From Pseudomonadota bacterium (GTDB taxonomy: Bacteria; Bdellovibrionota_B; Oligoflexia; Oligoflexales; CAIMVM01), in the NCBI GenBank assembly GCA_037142195.1, contig JBAXBA010000013.1:1-56366 (forward strand): DNA of 56,366 nt, read 5' to 3'. The notes beneath the pieces were generated by a model. That model did no database searches. It had not been told where the DNA came from and saw only the letters and a list, made by a program, of their open reading frames with translations. This document shows positions 39,270 to 49,317 of the stretch, piece by piece. How positions within the stretch are numbered: position 1 is the stretch's first letter; every line of letters starts with the position of its first letter. The position numbers and the translations under genes were made by a program.

Positions 39270-41441
39270 CTAGAGAATTGTTTCCGAAAATCCTTGCCCG
39301 CGAATTTCTAATTTAGGCACATGGCGAAGGCTGCTCAAGCTTTGTTTGTAGGGAGGTTCTAGCTCACTCCAGGCTGCATTTCTAAAATACCCTTGAAATC
39401 CAGCTGATCGAATGTCCTGCAAAATCGACTCTTCAGATACACTATCCACCTGAACCAAGCCAAAATCCGAAGCCCCCATGTAAAGAGCCATAGGCGCTAC
39501 CTTTTCACTGGGGTGTTGGTTGATTTTGGTACCTTCCCCTTTGGCGGGCGAAAGTGCAGGTATTTTGAGAAGTGGGGTTGTTATATGGGGGACCGTCGAA
39601 ACGGCAATCCTTGCTATAGCAACCGCAGCAAGATACTCCGTTATAAAAACTTGTGACCCTTTAGCAGGCTCTATATTCAAGGAAGTTAAACCTTCCGTGA
39701 TATCTTGAATCTCTCGATAAACAAGCAAACGATCGATAAAACTCTGCCAAAGAGCTGGGCCACGGCCTGGAGGCACAGCAAATTCCACTTTACCCGAAGT
39801 CTTCATGCCAGCTCTATGAGCTGCTAAATGCAATTCTCTGACTTCAGAGTGGGTAAGGGAGCCCTCAGTTTCGATATAGCTAGGTTCCAAGGAAGCAACC
39901 CCGATAGTCTTTAACTCAAGAACCGCTTTCTCAAATTCCACATGAGACTTCAGAGCTAAATGCCAAAACCCTTTAAGGCTTGCCACGGCTAAGGAGAGCT
40001 TAGGCCAATGTTGCTTTACGCGATTGATGATTTCAAAAAACTCATCTAAAGAGAAGCTGCCCTCTGCCTTGGCTAGGCCAGCCAAATCTAAAATCAAAGA
40101 ATCTACTTCCGTTTCTGCTCCCCATTTTAAAACCTTAGTAATTTCGGCCATCGCCTCATCAATGGTAAGTTGGGATTTCAGAGGAACTGTTTTAGAAAAG
40201 CCAACGAATACCTTTCGATTGGACCTCACTCTCTGGGCAGCAAAACTAAGTTCGTGGAAGGCATCAGATAGAGCCAACTCCATAAGCTCCTTTTTCTCCC
40301 AGACTTGAGGCTGAATGGATCTGAGTTTGGAAAGTACATCCTCGGAAACTTCGGGACGTGGCAAGGACTCTAGGCTTCGAAGCGGCTGATACAGTGTATC
40401 TCTTTCGACCGGATTTTTACCGGCTCTTAGAATTACGGTTTCAAGAAGGGATCTAGACATGTTCATGCCAGCTCGACCTCCAGCCATGCGAGAAATCTTC
40501 TCCTCGATAACTGTGCCATCTAAATCATTCGCCCCAAACTGCATAGCAATTTGAGCCACATCTTGTCCCGACATGATCCAATAGGATTTTATATGCGCGA
40601 AGTTGTCTAAATAGAGGCGTGCTACAGCGATCATTTTTAAATCATCGACCCCGAAAGTATACCGATTGATTCCCATTTCATTTTGATGGGGCTGGAACGA
40701 CAAAGGAATAAAGGCATTAAATCCTTGAGTTTCATCTTGCAACTCTCTCAGTTGCCTTAAGTGATCTACGCGATGAAAGAAGCTCTCCACATGACCGTAA
40801 AGCATCGTGCAATTGGACTTCATCCCCAACTCGTGAGCTGTTCGGTGTATTTCTAGCCACTCAGAAGCAGTAAGTTTCGCCGTAATTTCATCACGCACAT
40901 CTTGATGAAATACCTCTGCCCCCCCCCCAGGAAGAGAATCTAGTCCAGCTTCCCTAAGAGAGATGAGAGTCTCCCTTACGCTTTTGCGGGCTTTTTGGGC
41001 AAGCCAATCGATTTCGACGGCAGTAAAGCCTTTAATATGAAGAGAAGGAAACTGCCCTTTTATGGCAGAGAGCATTTCTTTGTAGTAATCAAATTTCCAT
41101 CTTGGGTGAAGCCCCCCGACGATATGTACCTCAGTGGCACCTGCTTCCACGGCTTCTTTGGCTTTTTCAAGCATTTCGTCAATGGAATACTCGTAGCCGC
41201 CTTCTTCGCCTGGCTTTCTAGAGTAGGCGCAAAACTTACAGGTCATGACACAAATATTGGTCGGATTGATATGGCGATTGACGTTAAAAAAAACATCGTG
41301 GTTATGTTTTTTACGATTCACTAAATCTGCTAATTGCCCAAGCTTAAAAAGATCTGGCGTTTCAAAAAGAAATAAGGCGTCCTCATCACTGAGACGAACA
41401 CCAGCGCTCACCTTTTGCTCTATTTGTATCCAAGGATTCAT
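39270..41441 (-). CDS. mqnE: Aminofutalosine synthase MqnE fused to a degenerate CofH/MqnC/MqnE-like domain
   Basis: NRHINPTNICVMTCKFC (CxxxCxxC), HIVGGLHP, FTAVEI, SLPGGGAE, TMLYGHVE, LDNFAHIKSYW; 723 aa, about twice the usual length. Confidence 0.88.
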   Translation of the reverse strand: MNPWIQIEQKVSAGVRLSDEDALFLFETPDLFKLGQLADLVNRKKHNHDVFFNVNRHINPTNICVMTCKFCAYSRKPGEEGGYEYSIDEMLEKAKEAVEAGATEVHIVGGLHPRWKFDYYKEMLSAIKGQFPSLHIKGFTAVEIDWLAQKARKSVRETLISLREAGLDSLPGGGAEVFHQDVRDEITAKLTASEWLEIHRTAHELGMKSNCTMLYGHVESFFHRVDHLRQLRELQDETQGFNAFIPLSFQPHQNEMGINRYTFGVDDLKMIAVARLYLDNFAHIKSYWIMSGQDVAQIAMQFGANDLDGTVIEEKISRMAGGRAGMNMSRSLLETVILRAGKNPVERDTLYQPLRSLESLPRPEVSEDVLSKLRSIQPQVWEKKELMELALSDAFHELSFAAQRVRSNRKVFVGFSKTVPLKSQLTIDEAMAEITKVLKWGAETEVDSLILDLAGLAKAEGSFSLDEFFEIINRVKQHWPKLSLAVASLKGFWHLALKSHVEFEKAVLELKTIGVASLEPSYIETEGSLTHSEVRELHLAAHRAGMKTSGKVEFAVPPGRGPALWQSFIDRLLVYREIQDITEGLTSLNIEPAKGSQVFITEYLAAVAIARIAVSTVPHITTPLLKIPALSPAKGEGTKINQHPSEKVAPMALYMGASDFGLVQVDSVSEESILQDIRSAGFQGYFRNAAWSELEPPYKQSLSSLRHVPKLEIRGQGFSETIL

Positions 41442-41444
41442 GGG

Positions 41445-42290
41445 TTAACTCACTATATTAGCGTCAATGGCGGGAGCTGAGCAAAATCCGTATTTTTCCC
41501 CAGCAGCAAAAAGGATCTTCATGCCTTGCCTGACATCTTCATCAAGACTTAAACTGCGGTGATTAACGTACATATCAATATACCGATCAGCTTCCTGATT
41601 GCTAAGCTCAGGGCGTGCAAGGTCACGGGCTCGATATAAAATTTCCGTTCGATGTCGCAAGGCGTATTCGATACTTTTCAAATAGATAGAGGTGAGTAAC
41701 TGGATTTTTTCTTCGCCCAGACTTTTTCGAATGGCATTGGCACCTAGAGGCAAGGGAAGATGATGTTGGCCTGCCCAAAGCGTGCCTAGATCCGTGAGTT
41801 TTCTGAGACCATGTCCTGAAACATCCATTTGAAGTTCATGGATGAGAATTCCTGCATCAACCTCACCGCGCAATACTGCGTCTTCAATCTCAGAAAAAAG
41901 CATAAATTTAGCTTCAAATTCTGGCAGAACAGCTCTTGCTGCAAAGTGAGCTGATGTCATCGTGCCGGGAACGGCAATCTTCTTGCCTTTTAACGCCTCG
42001 ATGTGGGAAATCGCAGAGTTTTCTCGCACCACGATTGCGGGACCAAAACCGTCACCGATACTGGCACCCACTGGCATCATAAAATAGTTGTGGCAAACGA
42101 AGGGATATGCTGCCATTGAAATGGCAGTAATGTCATAGGTGCCTTTTTTAGCCTCTTCATTTAATTTTTGAATGTCATCCATATAAAATTCGATTTTAAA
42201 GCCTAGACTTGAAACAAGTCCTAACCTTAAAGGTTCAATCATAAATGCATCATCGGTATCGGGACTATAGGCCAAGGTAATGGTTGTCAT
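41445..42290 (-). CDS. mqnD: 1,4-dihydroxy-6-naphthoate synthase
   Basis: AYSPDTDDAF, GDGFGP, VPGTMTSA, ILIHE, LPLPLG, YIDMYVN; ATG 42290 overlaps the mvk stop (ATGA). Confidence 0.92.
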   Translation of the reverse strand: MTTITLAYSPDTDDAFMIEPLRLGLVSSLGFKIEFYMDDIQKLNEEAKKGTYDITAISMAAYPFVCHNYFMMPVGASIGDGFGPAIVVRENSAISHIEALKGKKIAVPGTMTSAHFAARAVLPEFEAKFMLFSEIEDAVLRGEVDAGILIHELQMDVSGHGLRKLTDLGTLWAGQHHLPLPLGANAIRKSLGEEKIQLLTSIYLKSIEYALRHRTEILYRARDLARPELSNQEADRYIDMYVNHRSLSLDEDVRQGMKILFAAGEKYGFCSAPAIDANIVS

Positions 42291-43195
42291 AGATACACCT
42301 CTAAAAGATTCGCGGAGAGTCGAGACTCTAACTCTTTTTTTCCATCCCAATCGGCACTAAAAAGAGCTATCACAGATCCCCCTCCCCCTGCACCGGTGAT
42401 TTTCGCAGATGCAGCCCCAAATTCAACACATGTTTCAATAATATGGCGTTGACGCTCGCTTACCACCCCTGCCCTTAGCAGATGGGCATGAGCTCCAGAC
42501 ATGGCATGCCCCACAGCTTCTAAATTTGAGGACTGCAACCCATAGGATGCTTCGCGCGCTAAGGAGTTGAATTCACTAATTATTCTAGGTCCATCTGCAC
42601 TCATGAAATAGGGCCTGGCCTTTTCCACCATGACACGGGTCGATGCTTGCTCTCCTGAATGAATCAAAAAAAGGCGTCCAGGAAAGGATTCGGCTAAGTT
42701 CAAAGAAAATGCTCCTTCACCTTTTCGGAATAAAATTGGGGAGTTAAACGCTACAACTGCCGCATCTAAACCCGAAGGCGTGCCATGGAACTTAGCCTCT
42801 AAAATATTTCCAAGGCGAGCTAGTTCCTTATTTTCCAGAGGTTTATTCGCCTTAGCGCCAAAAGCTCTGAGAATGGAAATAGCAAGCGCCGCACTCGAAC
42901 CTAACCCAGCCGCCATAGGAATATTGGTTTCCGCTCGCATATTGAACCGCAAGTCCTGGAAATCAAACATAACTTGAGCTTCCTCTAATAAGGAAGCTAG
43001 TTCTGCCGTGCAGTCTTGTCCTGATACAGTGACTTTTGTAGAGCCCCCTACTTCAAGGTGGACCGTAAACCACATACTCTTTATGGGCACGGCTAGGGCC
43101 TCAGCGCCGTATACCACGGCATGCTCACCCACAATGATCGCCTTGCCATGCGCTTCACCACGAGTTGTAGGGATTCCAGTGGAACTCGTCTTCAT
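42287..43195 (-). CDS. mvk: Mevalonate kinase
   Basis: GKAIIVGEHAVVYG, IPMAAGLGSSAA, HGTPSGLD, KITGAGGGG. Confidence 0.9.
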   Translation of the reverse strand: MKTSSTGIPTTRGEAHGKAIIVGEHAVVYGAEALAVPIKSMWFTVHLEVGGSTKVTVSGQDCTAELASLLEEAQVMFDFQDLRFNMRAETNIPMAAGLGSSAALAISILRAFGAKANKPLENKELARLGNILEAKFHGTPSGLDAAVVAFNSPILFRKGEGAFSLNLAESFPGRLFLIHSGEQASTRVMVEKARPYFMSADGPRIISEFNSLAREASYGLQSSNLEAVGHAMSGAHAHLLRAGVVSERQRHIIETCVEFGAASAKITGAGGGGSVIALFSADWDGKKELESRLSANLLEVYL

Positions 43196-43394
43196 CTATA
43201 CCCCTGATCACTGCTTCAAAACACATATACGCTTTGTATAGAAGACTTCAAGGTATAAAAAGCATCTGAAGGCTTTCATAACAATATCATGATGTTATTA
43301 TAATTCTTCATAATAATAATAAAATATATTGACTTATTCAAAAGATTCTAATAAAAACCAGAAGCGGCCGCTAAATGGCCCTACGGAGAATCCC

Positions 43395-43919
43395 ATGTTG
43401 CCTCAACTATTGCTGTCTGTTCTCGTTTTTACTGCTTGTAGCGGCGGAGCTTTTAAAGGCTCCAATAAGAAAAAGCCCTCTGAACCTGCCGTCGGTACTT
43501 CTTCCCTAAAGTTGGAATACATTTCCGCCAGTGCCCTTTACAAAAACTGTTTGTATTATTCCGTCGGAGATGAACCGCTAACACTTTACGGCTGTAACCA
43601 CGGGCCAGCCTCACAACCACTTACTCGTGAACTTAAAGGTCTTGGTTGTGTAAAGACAAACTTTGAATTGCGAACTTATCATCCTGTTGATTTAGCGAAA
43701 TGCATCGCCAGTACGAAAATAGATGCCAATGCAAATTGCGAATTCCAAAATGAAGTCTCTTCTGTTGCTGCAGTTGGAACTTCGTCTGAATTTGTTGTTA
43801 CGAGCTCCAAAGATGACAAGACCCGTACCTATGCGTTTGAAGACTCCAAGGACAATGATAGAAATGATTACATCTTTTCCGTTACTACAACTTCAACATT
43901 TTGTCCGGTTAAGCCTTAA
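43395..43919 (+). CDS. Cys-rich lipoprotein with DUF4114-like FED..DND.ND motif
   Basis: ATG 43395 after ggag, lipobox FTA-C, FEDSKDNDRNDYIF. Confidence 0.7.
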   Translation: MLPQLLLSVLVFTACSGGAFKGSNKKKPSEPAVGTSSLKLEYISASALYKNCLYYSVGDEPLTLYGCNHGPASQPLTRELKGLGCVKTNFELRTYHPVDLAKCIASTKIDANANCEFQNEVSSVAAVGTSSEFVVTSSKDDKTRTYAFEDSKDNDRNDYIFSVTTTSTFCPVKP

Positions 43920-43950
43920 TTCTAGAAATCACTTGTAAAGTTCAAATAAC

Positions 43951-43997
43951 AAAAGTCCGTTGCCCACTGCAGATATTGCAAAAGGCAACGGACTTTT
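43951..43997. terminator. Bidirectional terminator-like hairpin
   Basis: aaaagtccgttgcc...ggcaacggactttt 14-bp stem between convergent genes. Confidence 0.75.
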
Positions 43998-44143
43998 ATC
44001 GTTTCATTTTAGTTAAAAGCCTTCTTCATCAATACTTCAAACAACGTGAGAAACCCATCGAACCAAAGCCCTACAATGCTTCCCAATCCCTGCATGAGGC
44101 AAAGCTGAAGCACTCACGTCCAGCCCCTCGCAATTCATTTCAT

Positions 44144-44512
44144 TTAATGTGTCACGTTCAAAAACATAGATACACCACTAGCTGGACATCCGACTAAATA
44201 GGCCATGTTGGCATCGACCGCTGTACTCGTTCGCAAGTACGTATAGGCTAAATCTAGGGGCTTACCATTTATTGTAAGTCCAAAAAATTGCATATAATTC
44301 ACCGATGCATATCCCACAGAGCTTACGGTTTCAGTAACTTTTGAGCCATCGCCGCAAGGCTCACAGTATTGAGTTACCTTATCTCCAATCCTAACCAATT
44401 TCGCTGCGTCTTGTGCCTGCTGCTCGGTGACATAAGCACATTGATCCGCTAACGCATGAAGGGGAGACAGACTTAGAGCAAGGAAGAGACCCCATTGATT
44501 TGTGCGATTCAT
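44144..44512 (-). CDS. Small secreted Cys-containing hypothetical protein
   Basis: Signal peptide ending ALA, DQCAY, CEPCGD, DLAYTY, VGCPASGV. Confidence 0.8.
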   Translation of the reverse strand: MNRTNQWGLFLALSLSPLHALADQCAYVTEQQAQDAAKLVRIGDKVTQYCEPCGDGSKVTETVSSVGYASVNYMQFFGLTINGKPLDLAYTYLRTSTAVDANMAYLVGCPASGVSMFLNVTH

Positions 44513-45252
44513 AGCATACCTTTTTTTTGTGGAGATTTAACGATCTAGACTATTTGCCTAACAGAACTCGGTCTACTCCTCGGATGAATATTAGTCAACG
44601 CGATTTCTAATGGAATTCCTCAGTAAAATGGTCAGCGCTTTATGCCCATGATTTTCTGTGAATCCTAGTAAGATGTGACATCTGAACTACCAAAAACGAG
44701 GGTACTATTTTGAGTGATTTCAAACCTGAGGACTGCCCGTTTCCTCATTTGTAACCATGATGAACGATGGAATTTTTTGCTTAAATCGAGGGGCTCGCTT
44801 GGACTTTATACTTGGGGGTTCCGGGGGCTTTGTCCTCTGCTGGATACCCGCACATCGCTACGCAGCGTTGTGACAGATTATTTTCTCCATAACTCGCTTT
44901 ACATTTTCCATAGTTATAGCAAGATCTTCAAAGATTTCTAGTTTTCTCCCTTCCTTGCCAACTCTAATGATTATGGAAATTTCTGTTCTGAGATACCTCC
45001 TAAGGTGGATGAAAACTCGATTTTCATCATGCTTATAAGCAACATAACGGATGCATCCATGGGACCTGAAGCTTATCGCGATCAGTCAGGCTTAAAAAAG
45101 TAAGATGGCTTTAACCATGCTTCAGCCCCTCTTTGCCCTCAAAGGAACAATCTTCCTAGACTACAGACCTAGACCGCTCATTTTTGCCTATCATCTGGGT
45201 GAAGAAAAAAGAACCCTGCCCGAATAGTTAGGGGAGCCCTTAGGAGGATGAT

Positions 45253-45669
45253 ATGGCCCTTTCGACAAAGAAAATGAAAATGGAAGCTCCTAAAATGGAG
45301 TCTGACACATACTTAGATAAAGAAAGTCATAAAATAGGAGTCGACGATAAGGACCGTACCTCTGAGGCCACTCCCATCTCATTTGATCCCAAACCCGTGG
45401 TGATTCCCTTTAAAAAAACTTTATATGCCGTCGAAAAAGAGGGTTCCTCGGATACGGATTCCGTCGCAAATCAGAATGCAGACGATAAAACTTTAGAGAG
45501 CGCCGAGGCCCGTCGTTTGGCTCTAAAATCTGCTCTATCTACCGCACTGGTTTACGGCATACCAGTTGCTACGGTCTGCTTTCTAATCGGCATGAGAATT
45601 GGGATGGTGTGTATGAAAAACACCCATGGATCTTCCCTAGAAATCCTCTGGGAAGCCTTTAAATTTTGA
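45253..45669 (+). CDS. Hypothetical protein with C-terminal TM segment
   Basis: aggagg RBS; acidic disordered N-region; hydrophobic segment near the C-terminus. Confidence 0.7.
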   Translation: MALSTKKMKMEAPKMESDTYLDKESHKIGVDDKDRTSEATPISFDPKPVVIPFKKTLYAVEKEGSSDTDSVANQNADDKTLESAEARRLALKSALSTALVYGIPVATVCFLIGMRIGMVCMKNTHGSSLEILWEAFKF

Positions 45670-45679
45670 GCCTAGGCAG

Positions 45680-46399
45680 CTATTCCCCGAGGACGGTTTC
45701 CTTGTGGCTTGGTTTCGTCAAATAAATCTCTTTTTCCAAGAAAAGTCTTTCTTTGTCTAAATTGCTTTCTAAAATAGTCTTATGCCAAATACGACGCTGG
45801 GAATCCCAGCGATAGCCCTGCTCTTTGAGGAGGTCCTTTTTCTCAAAGGGAGAATTTAAGGCGTCAATTCTAACGGACTTAAGATAGCTACTTTGTATCA
45901 ATTCGTCTAAATGGCCCGAAATCAGACGAAAAGTGGTAGCACAATCAAAGAGCGCCCTATGGGCAAATGGATTTACAAAGCCATGATCGGCTGCCAAATA
46001 GTTAAGCGCTAGGGACGATGCCCCTTTGGACTTCCAGTCAATATGCCGAATGCTGCATCCCCAATGGGGGTTCACGCCTTTCAATTCTTTTCTCGCCCTA
46101 AAAAAACCCCGGTCAAACTCCATATTGTGGGCAATGACGATTTTGGCTCGGCTCATCATCGACGCCACTAAGGCCCAGTCCACCGATTGTCCCGACAATT
46201 GTTGACTGGAAATTCCCGTAATTTTTTCAATTTCAGGCGGCACGGGAATCCCTGGGTCGTCTAGTGCTCCATACATTCGAGAAATACTCGCTGGCATCCC
46301 GGGAATCATCATAAACTCCAAGATCCCCACTTCTATAATATGATCTGACGAGGAATCTAACCCGGTGGTTTCGACGTCGACGATAAGGCCGTATTCCAT
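45680..46399 (-). CDS. DEDDh 3'-5' exonuclease (DnaQ-like)
   Basis: VDVETTG, IAHNMEFDR, HRALFDC; C-terminal PFEKKDLLKEQGYRW. Confidence 0.9.
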   Translation of the reverse strand: MEYGLIVDVETTGLDSSSDHIIEVGILEFMMIPGMPASISRMYGALDDPGIPVPPEIEKITGISSQQLSGQSVDWALVASMMSRAKIVIAHNMEFDRGFFRARKELKGVNPHWGCSIRHIDWKSKGASSLALNYLAADHGFVNPFAHRALFDCATTFRLISGHLDELIQSSYLKSVRIDALNSPFEKKDLLKEQGYRWDSQRRIWHKTILESNLDKERLFLEKEIYLTKPSHKETVLGE

Positions 46400-46460
46400 T
46401 TACATACTCCATTTTTGAATGGCACCATGCTAAGATAAATTGAGGAGGATAGCAAAGCCC

Positions 46461-47105
46461 ATGTCACCAAGTCGAAATCCCTTAAACCCGGAATACCTCA
46501 TTTCAGCTTATTCACAGGGATATTTTCCCATGCCTGATCCGAACTCCGGGGAAATTGTGTGGCTCAAACCCGATCCGCGGGCCATAATACCTTTGAGTGA
46601 CTACCATGTGAGCAGATCCATGCAGAGTCTTATCAAACGAGCCAGTTATCGCGTCAGCTATAACCAAGCCTTTTTAGAAGTCATTGATGGTTGCGCGGAT
46701 CGCGAGGACACTTGGATCACTGCTGACTTTAGAGAGGCCTACTACCAACTCCATCAATTAGGTTTTTGTCACAGCCTAGAGATATGGGACCAAGTGATAA
46801 ACAAAGAGGACTCTACGGTGTCTGAAGTCTTGGTGGGGGGAACCTACGGAGTCTCCGTCCGAGGAGCCTTCTTTGCGGAATCCATGTTCCACCGAAAATC
46901 GAACATGTCAAAGCTCGCCCTATACCACCTCGTCGAACATTTAAAAGAAATGGGATATCAGCTTTTAGAATGTCAATTTGTAACCAATCACCTCGCCTCC
47001 CTTGGCGCTACTGCCATTTCAGATCGAGAGTATATGATTCGCCTCAATGAGGCTTTAAATCAAAGCTGCAGCTTTGAAAGAAAAAAAACGAATCAAGTTT
47101 CCTAA
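46461..47105 (+). CDS. aat: Leucyl/phenylalanyl-tRNA-protein transferase
   Basis: AYSQGYFPM, PDPRAIIP, TWIT, HSLEIW, LVGGTYGV, FFAESMF, SKLAL. Confidence 0.95.
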   Translation: MSPSRNPLNPEYLISAYSQGYFPMPDPNSGEIVWLKPDPRAIIPLSDYHVSRSMQSLIKRASYRVSYNQAFLEVIDGCADREDTWITADFREAYYQLHQLGFCHSLEIWDQVINKEDSTVSEVLVGGTYGVSVRGAFFAESMFHRKSNMSKLALYHLVEHLKEMGYQLLECQFVTNHLASLGATAISDREYMIRLNEALNQSCSFERKKTNQVS

Positions 47106-47212
47106 TTCTGCCAGGTCGGCCTTTTGCTCTACCATTAAAATCACCTTTAGCTTATCCTTTTACCTGTTTTAACTATGTGCCATACTTTTCCCTATTCACT
47201 CGGGAGCAATTT

Positions 47213-48448
47213 ATGATCAAAAAAAAAGAATGGGCTTGGGTTTTCTATGACGTCGGAAATTCTGCTTACTACACCACAGTAGTTGCAGGATTTTTTCCCA
47301 TCTTTTTCAAGAAATTCTGGTCGGCATCGGCAAATATCGAAACTACGACGTTTCAGCTTGGGTTAGCAAATTCCTTAGCAGGTCTCTTTTCCGCCCTAGT
47401 AGCCCCCCTCTTAGGATCTATCGCTGATTTTGCAGGAATCAAACGTCCTTTTCTTGCCGTGTTTTCAGGTATAGGCATTTTGGCTTGTCTTCTTTTCTTT
47501 TTCATTCCTCAAGGTAGCTATGTAATGGCCATGGCAGCGTTTGTTTTAGGGGGAATGGCCTTAGGTGCGGCTATTACCATAAACGACTCCCAGCTCATCG
47601 ACGTTACGGAGCCTGAACGTTATCATAAAATTTCTGCACTTGGGTATTCTTTGGGCTATTTAGGCGGAGGACTCCTCTTTGCTCTAAATGTTGCGATGAC
47701 TTTAAAACCCGAATTTTTTGGCTTAGAAAATGCCACTGAAGCAGTGAGATACTCGTTTCTCACTGTCGCCATTTGGTGGGCCTTGTTTAGCCTACCCGTT
47801 CTCATTGCCCTTCCTGATCGACCCACAACTGTTGGCATCCAGGCGGCTGTTAAGAAAGGAATCTGGGAAATAAAGTCTACGGTAACCGATGTTTTAAAGC
47901 ATCGTAATTTGGTGCTATTTCTTCTTGCTTTCTCACTGTACATCGACGGAGTCCACACAGTTATTTCCATGGCGGTGGATTATGGCCTCTCTTTAGGCTT
48001 TGAAAGTTCAGACTTGATATCAGCTCTTCTATTGGTTCAGTTTATTGGCTTTCCGGCTGCCTTGGTATTTGGACGATTAGGAGACCGCTGGGGTGCTCGA
48101 AGTGCTTTAAAGCTTGGGATTATTTCCTATTTAGTCATCACGGTTATGGCGTCCTTAATGCAAAATAAAGTCCATTTTTTTATTCTAGCGGCCTGTATTG
48201 GTGCCGTGCAGGGGGGAGTTCAAAGTCTATCCAGGTCCTATTTCGCTCTTTTGATTCCCAAAGAGAAATCGGCAGAATTTTTTGGTTTCTATAACATGCT
48301 TGGAAAATTCGCCTCTATTCTGGGTCCAGTACTCATGGGTGGAGTGGCTTTTTTGACCGGAAGTACCAGACTTTCCATCCTGTCCTTGGCTGTGCTTTTT
48401 ATTGCTGGATACTATGTCCTAGAAAAAGTCCAAGATCCAGCTTCTTGA
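47213..48448 (+). CDS. MFS transporter, UMF1/Atg22-like
   Basis: WVFYDVGNSAY, SALGYSLGYLGG, QSLSRSYF, AEFFGFY; about 12 TM segments. Confidence 0.9.
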   Translation: MIKKKEWAWVFYDVGNSAYYTTVVAGFFPIFFKKFWSASANIETTTFQLGLANSLAGLFSALVAPLLGSIADFAGIKRPFLAVFSGIGILACLLFFFIPQGSYVMAMAAFVLGGMALGAAITINDSQLIDVTEPERYHKISALGYSLGYLGGGLLFALNVAMTLKPEFFGLENATEAVRYSFLTVAIWWALFSLPVLIALPDRPTTVGIQAAVKKGIWEIKSTVTDVLKHRNLVLFLLAFSLYIDGVHTVISMAVDYGLSLGFESSDLISALLLVQFIGFPAALVFGRLGDRWGARSALKLGIISYLVITVMASLMQNKVHFFILAACIGAVQGGVQSLSRSYFALLIPKEKSAEFFGFYNMLGKFASILGPVLMGGVAFLTGSTRLSILSLAVLFIAGYYVLEKVQDPAS

Positions 48449-48505
48449 TAGATTCCCTAAGTTTAAAATCAAATTAATTTCAAATTGTTTTAAGGACAGT
48501 TTTCT

Positions 48506-49267
48506 TTATTCACTATCAGCAGGGGGGTAACAAACACAGCTCAATCCCTCTGCGTTGGCATTACATGCTATCTTTTGGTTGAGCTGAAATCGCACTATTT
48601 TGTTATCCACCAAGTCTATTCTCGCCAAATGAAGATCTCCGTCAAATTTGACTTCACTTGCCAGGCTTAGATAACGCGGTCCTAACTTGGCTCCCTCAGA
48701 TAGAAACTTAGCTACTTCTTGCTTCATCGCCTCGATCGCCTCGCCTTTGGAAAGGGAAACCATACTTTCAGGTGCTAGTTCTATTTTCGTGGGTGGCTCT
48801 TCTGAATCTTTCTCCGGCTGCAATACGGCAATCAATTTGTACTTAAAAGATCCGCTTTCATCGCCCTGAAGCGACAGCTTCATTTGCTTTGATCCTTTAT
48901 CAAAATAAAGCTCAAAAGCCTCAATATTGCCTTCTTCAGGATACAACCCTCTAGGAAGAATCCCTAAAGTTTTAATAAAATTACGGATGTTTCCCGAAGT
49001 AAACTCGGGGTTCTCGTCACAACCGCTAACATTTTCAGTCACAGGCTCATCGTCAAAGGTCTGGGTTTCTGGATTGAGTTTTGATCTAAGACTCTCATTT
49101 ACGGATTCTATAGCACCAGCATCGACTAAAGTTTCAGGCGGCTCCGACACTCCTTGATTTTCTATAGCGATTTCTGGCTTTCTATAGGATGCTTTTCCCA
49201 CAATAAAAACGACTCCGAGACAAAGGAGAAGCCCCATAGTGATGAGTAGTCTTCTTAGCATAAACAC
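48506..49267 (-). CDS. Membrane-anchored hypothetical protein
   Basis: N-terminal TM, acidic periplasmic domain, C-terminal Cys cluster. Confidence 0.7.
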   Translation of the reverse strand: MFMLRRLLITMGLLLCLGVVFIVGKASYRKPEIAIENQGVSEPPETLVDAGAIESVNESLRSKLNPETQTFDDEPVTENVSGCDENPEFTSGNIRNFIKTLGILPRGLYPEEGNIEAFELYFDKGSKQMKLSLQGDESGSFKYKLIAVLQPEKDSEEPPTKIELAPESMVSLSKGEAIEAMKQEVAKFLSEGAKLGPRYLSLASEVKFDGDLHLARIDLVDNKIVRFQLNQKIACNANAEGLSCVCYPPADSE

Positions 49268-49317
49268 CCCAATTCGAACCCCCCGATAGCCTTTAGGCCG
49301 CTAGCACTTATACTGGC

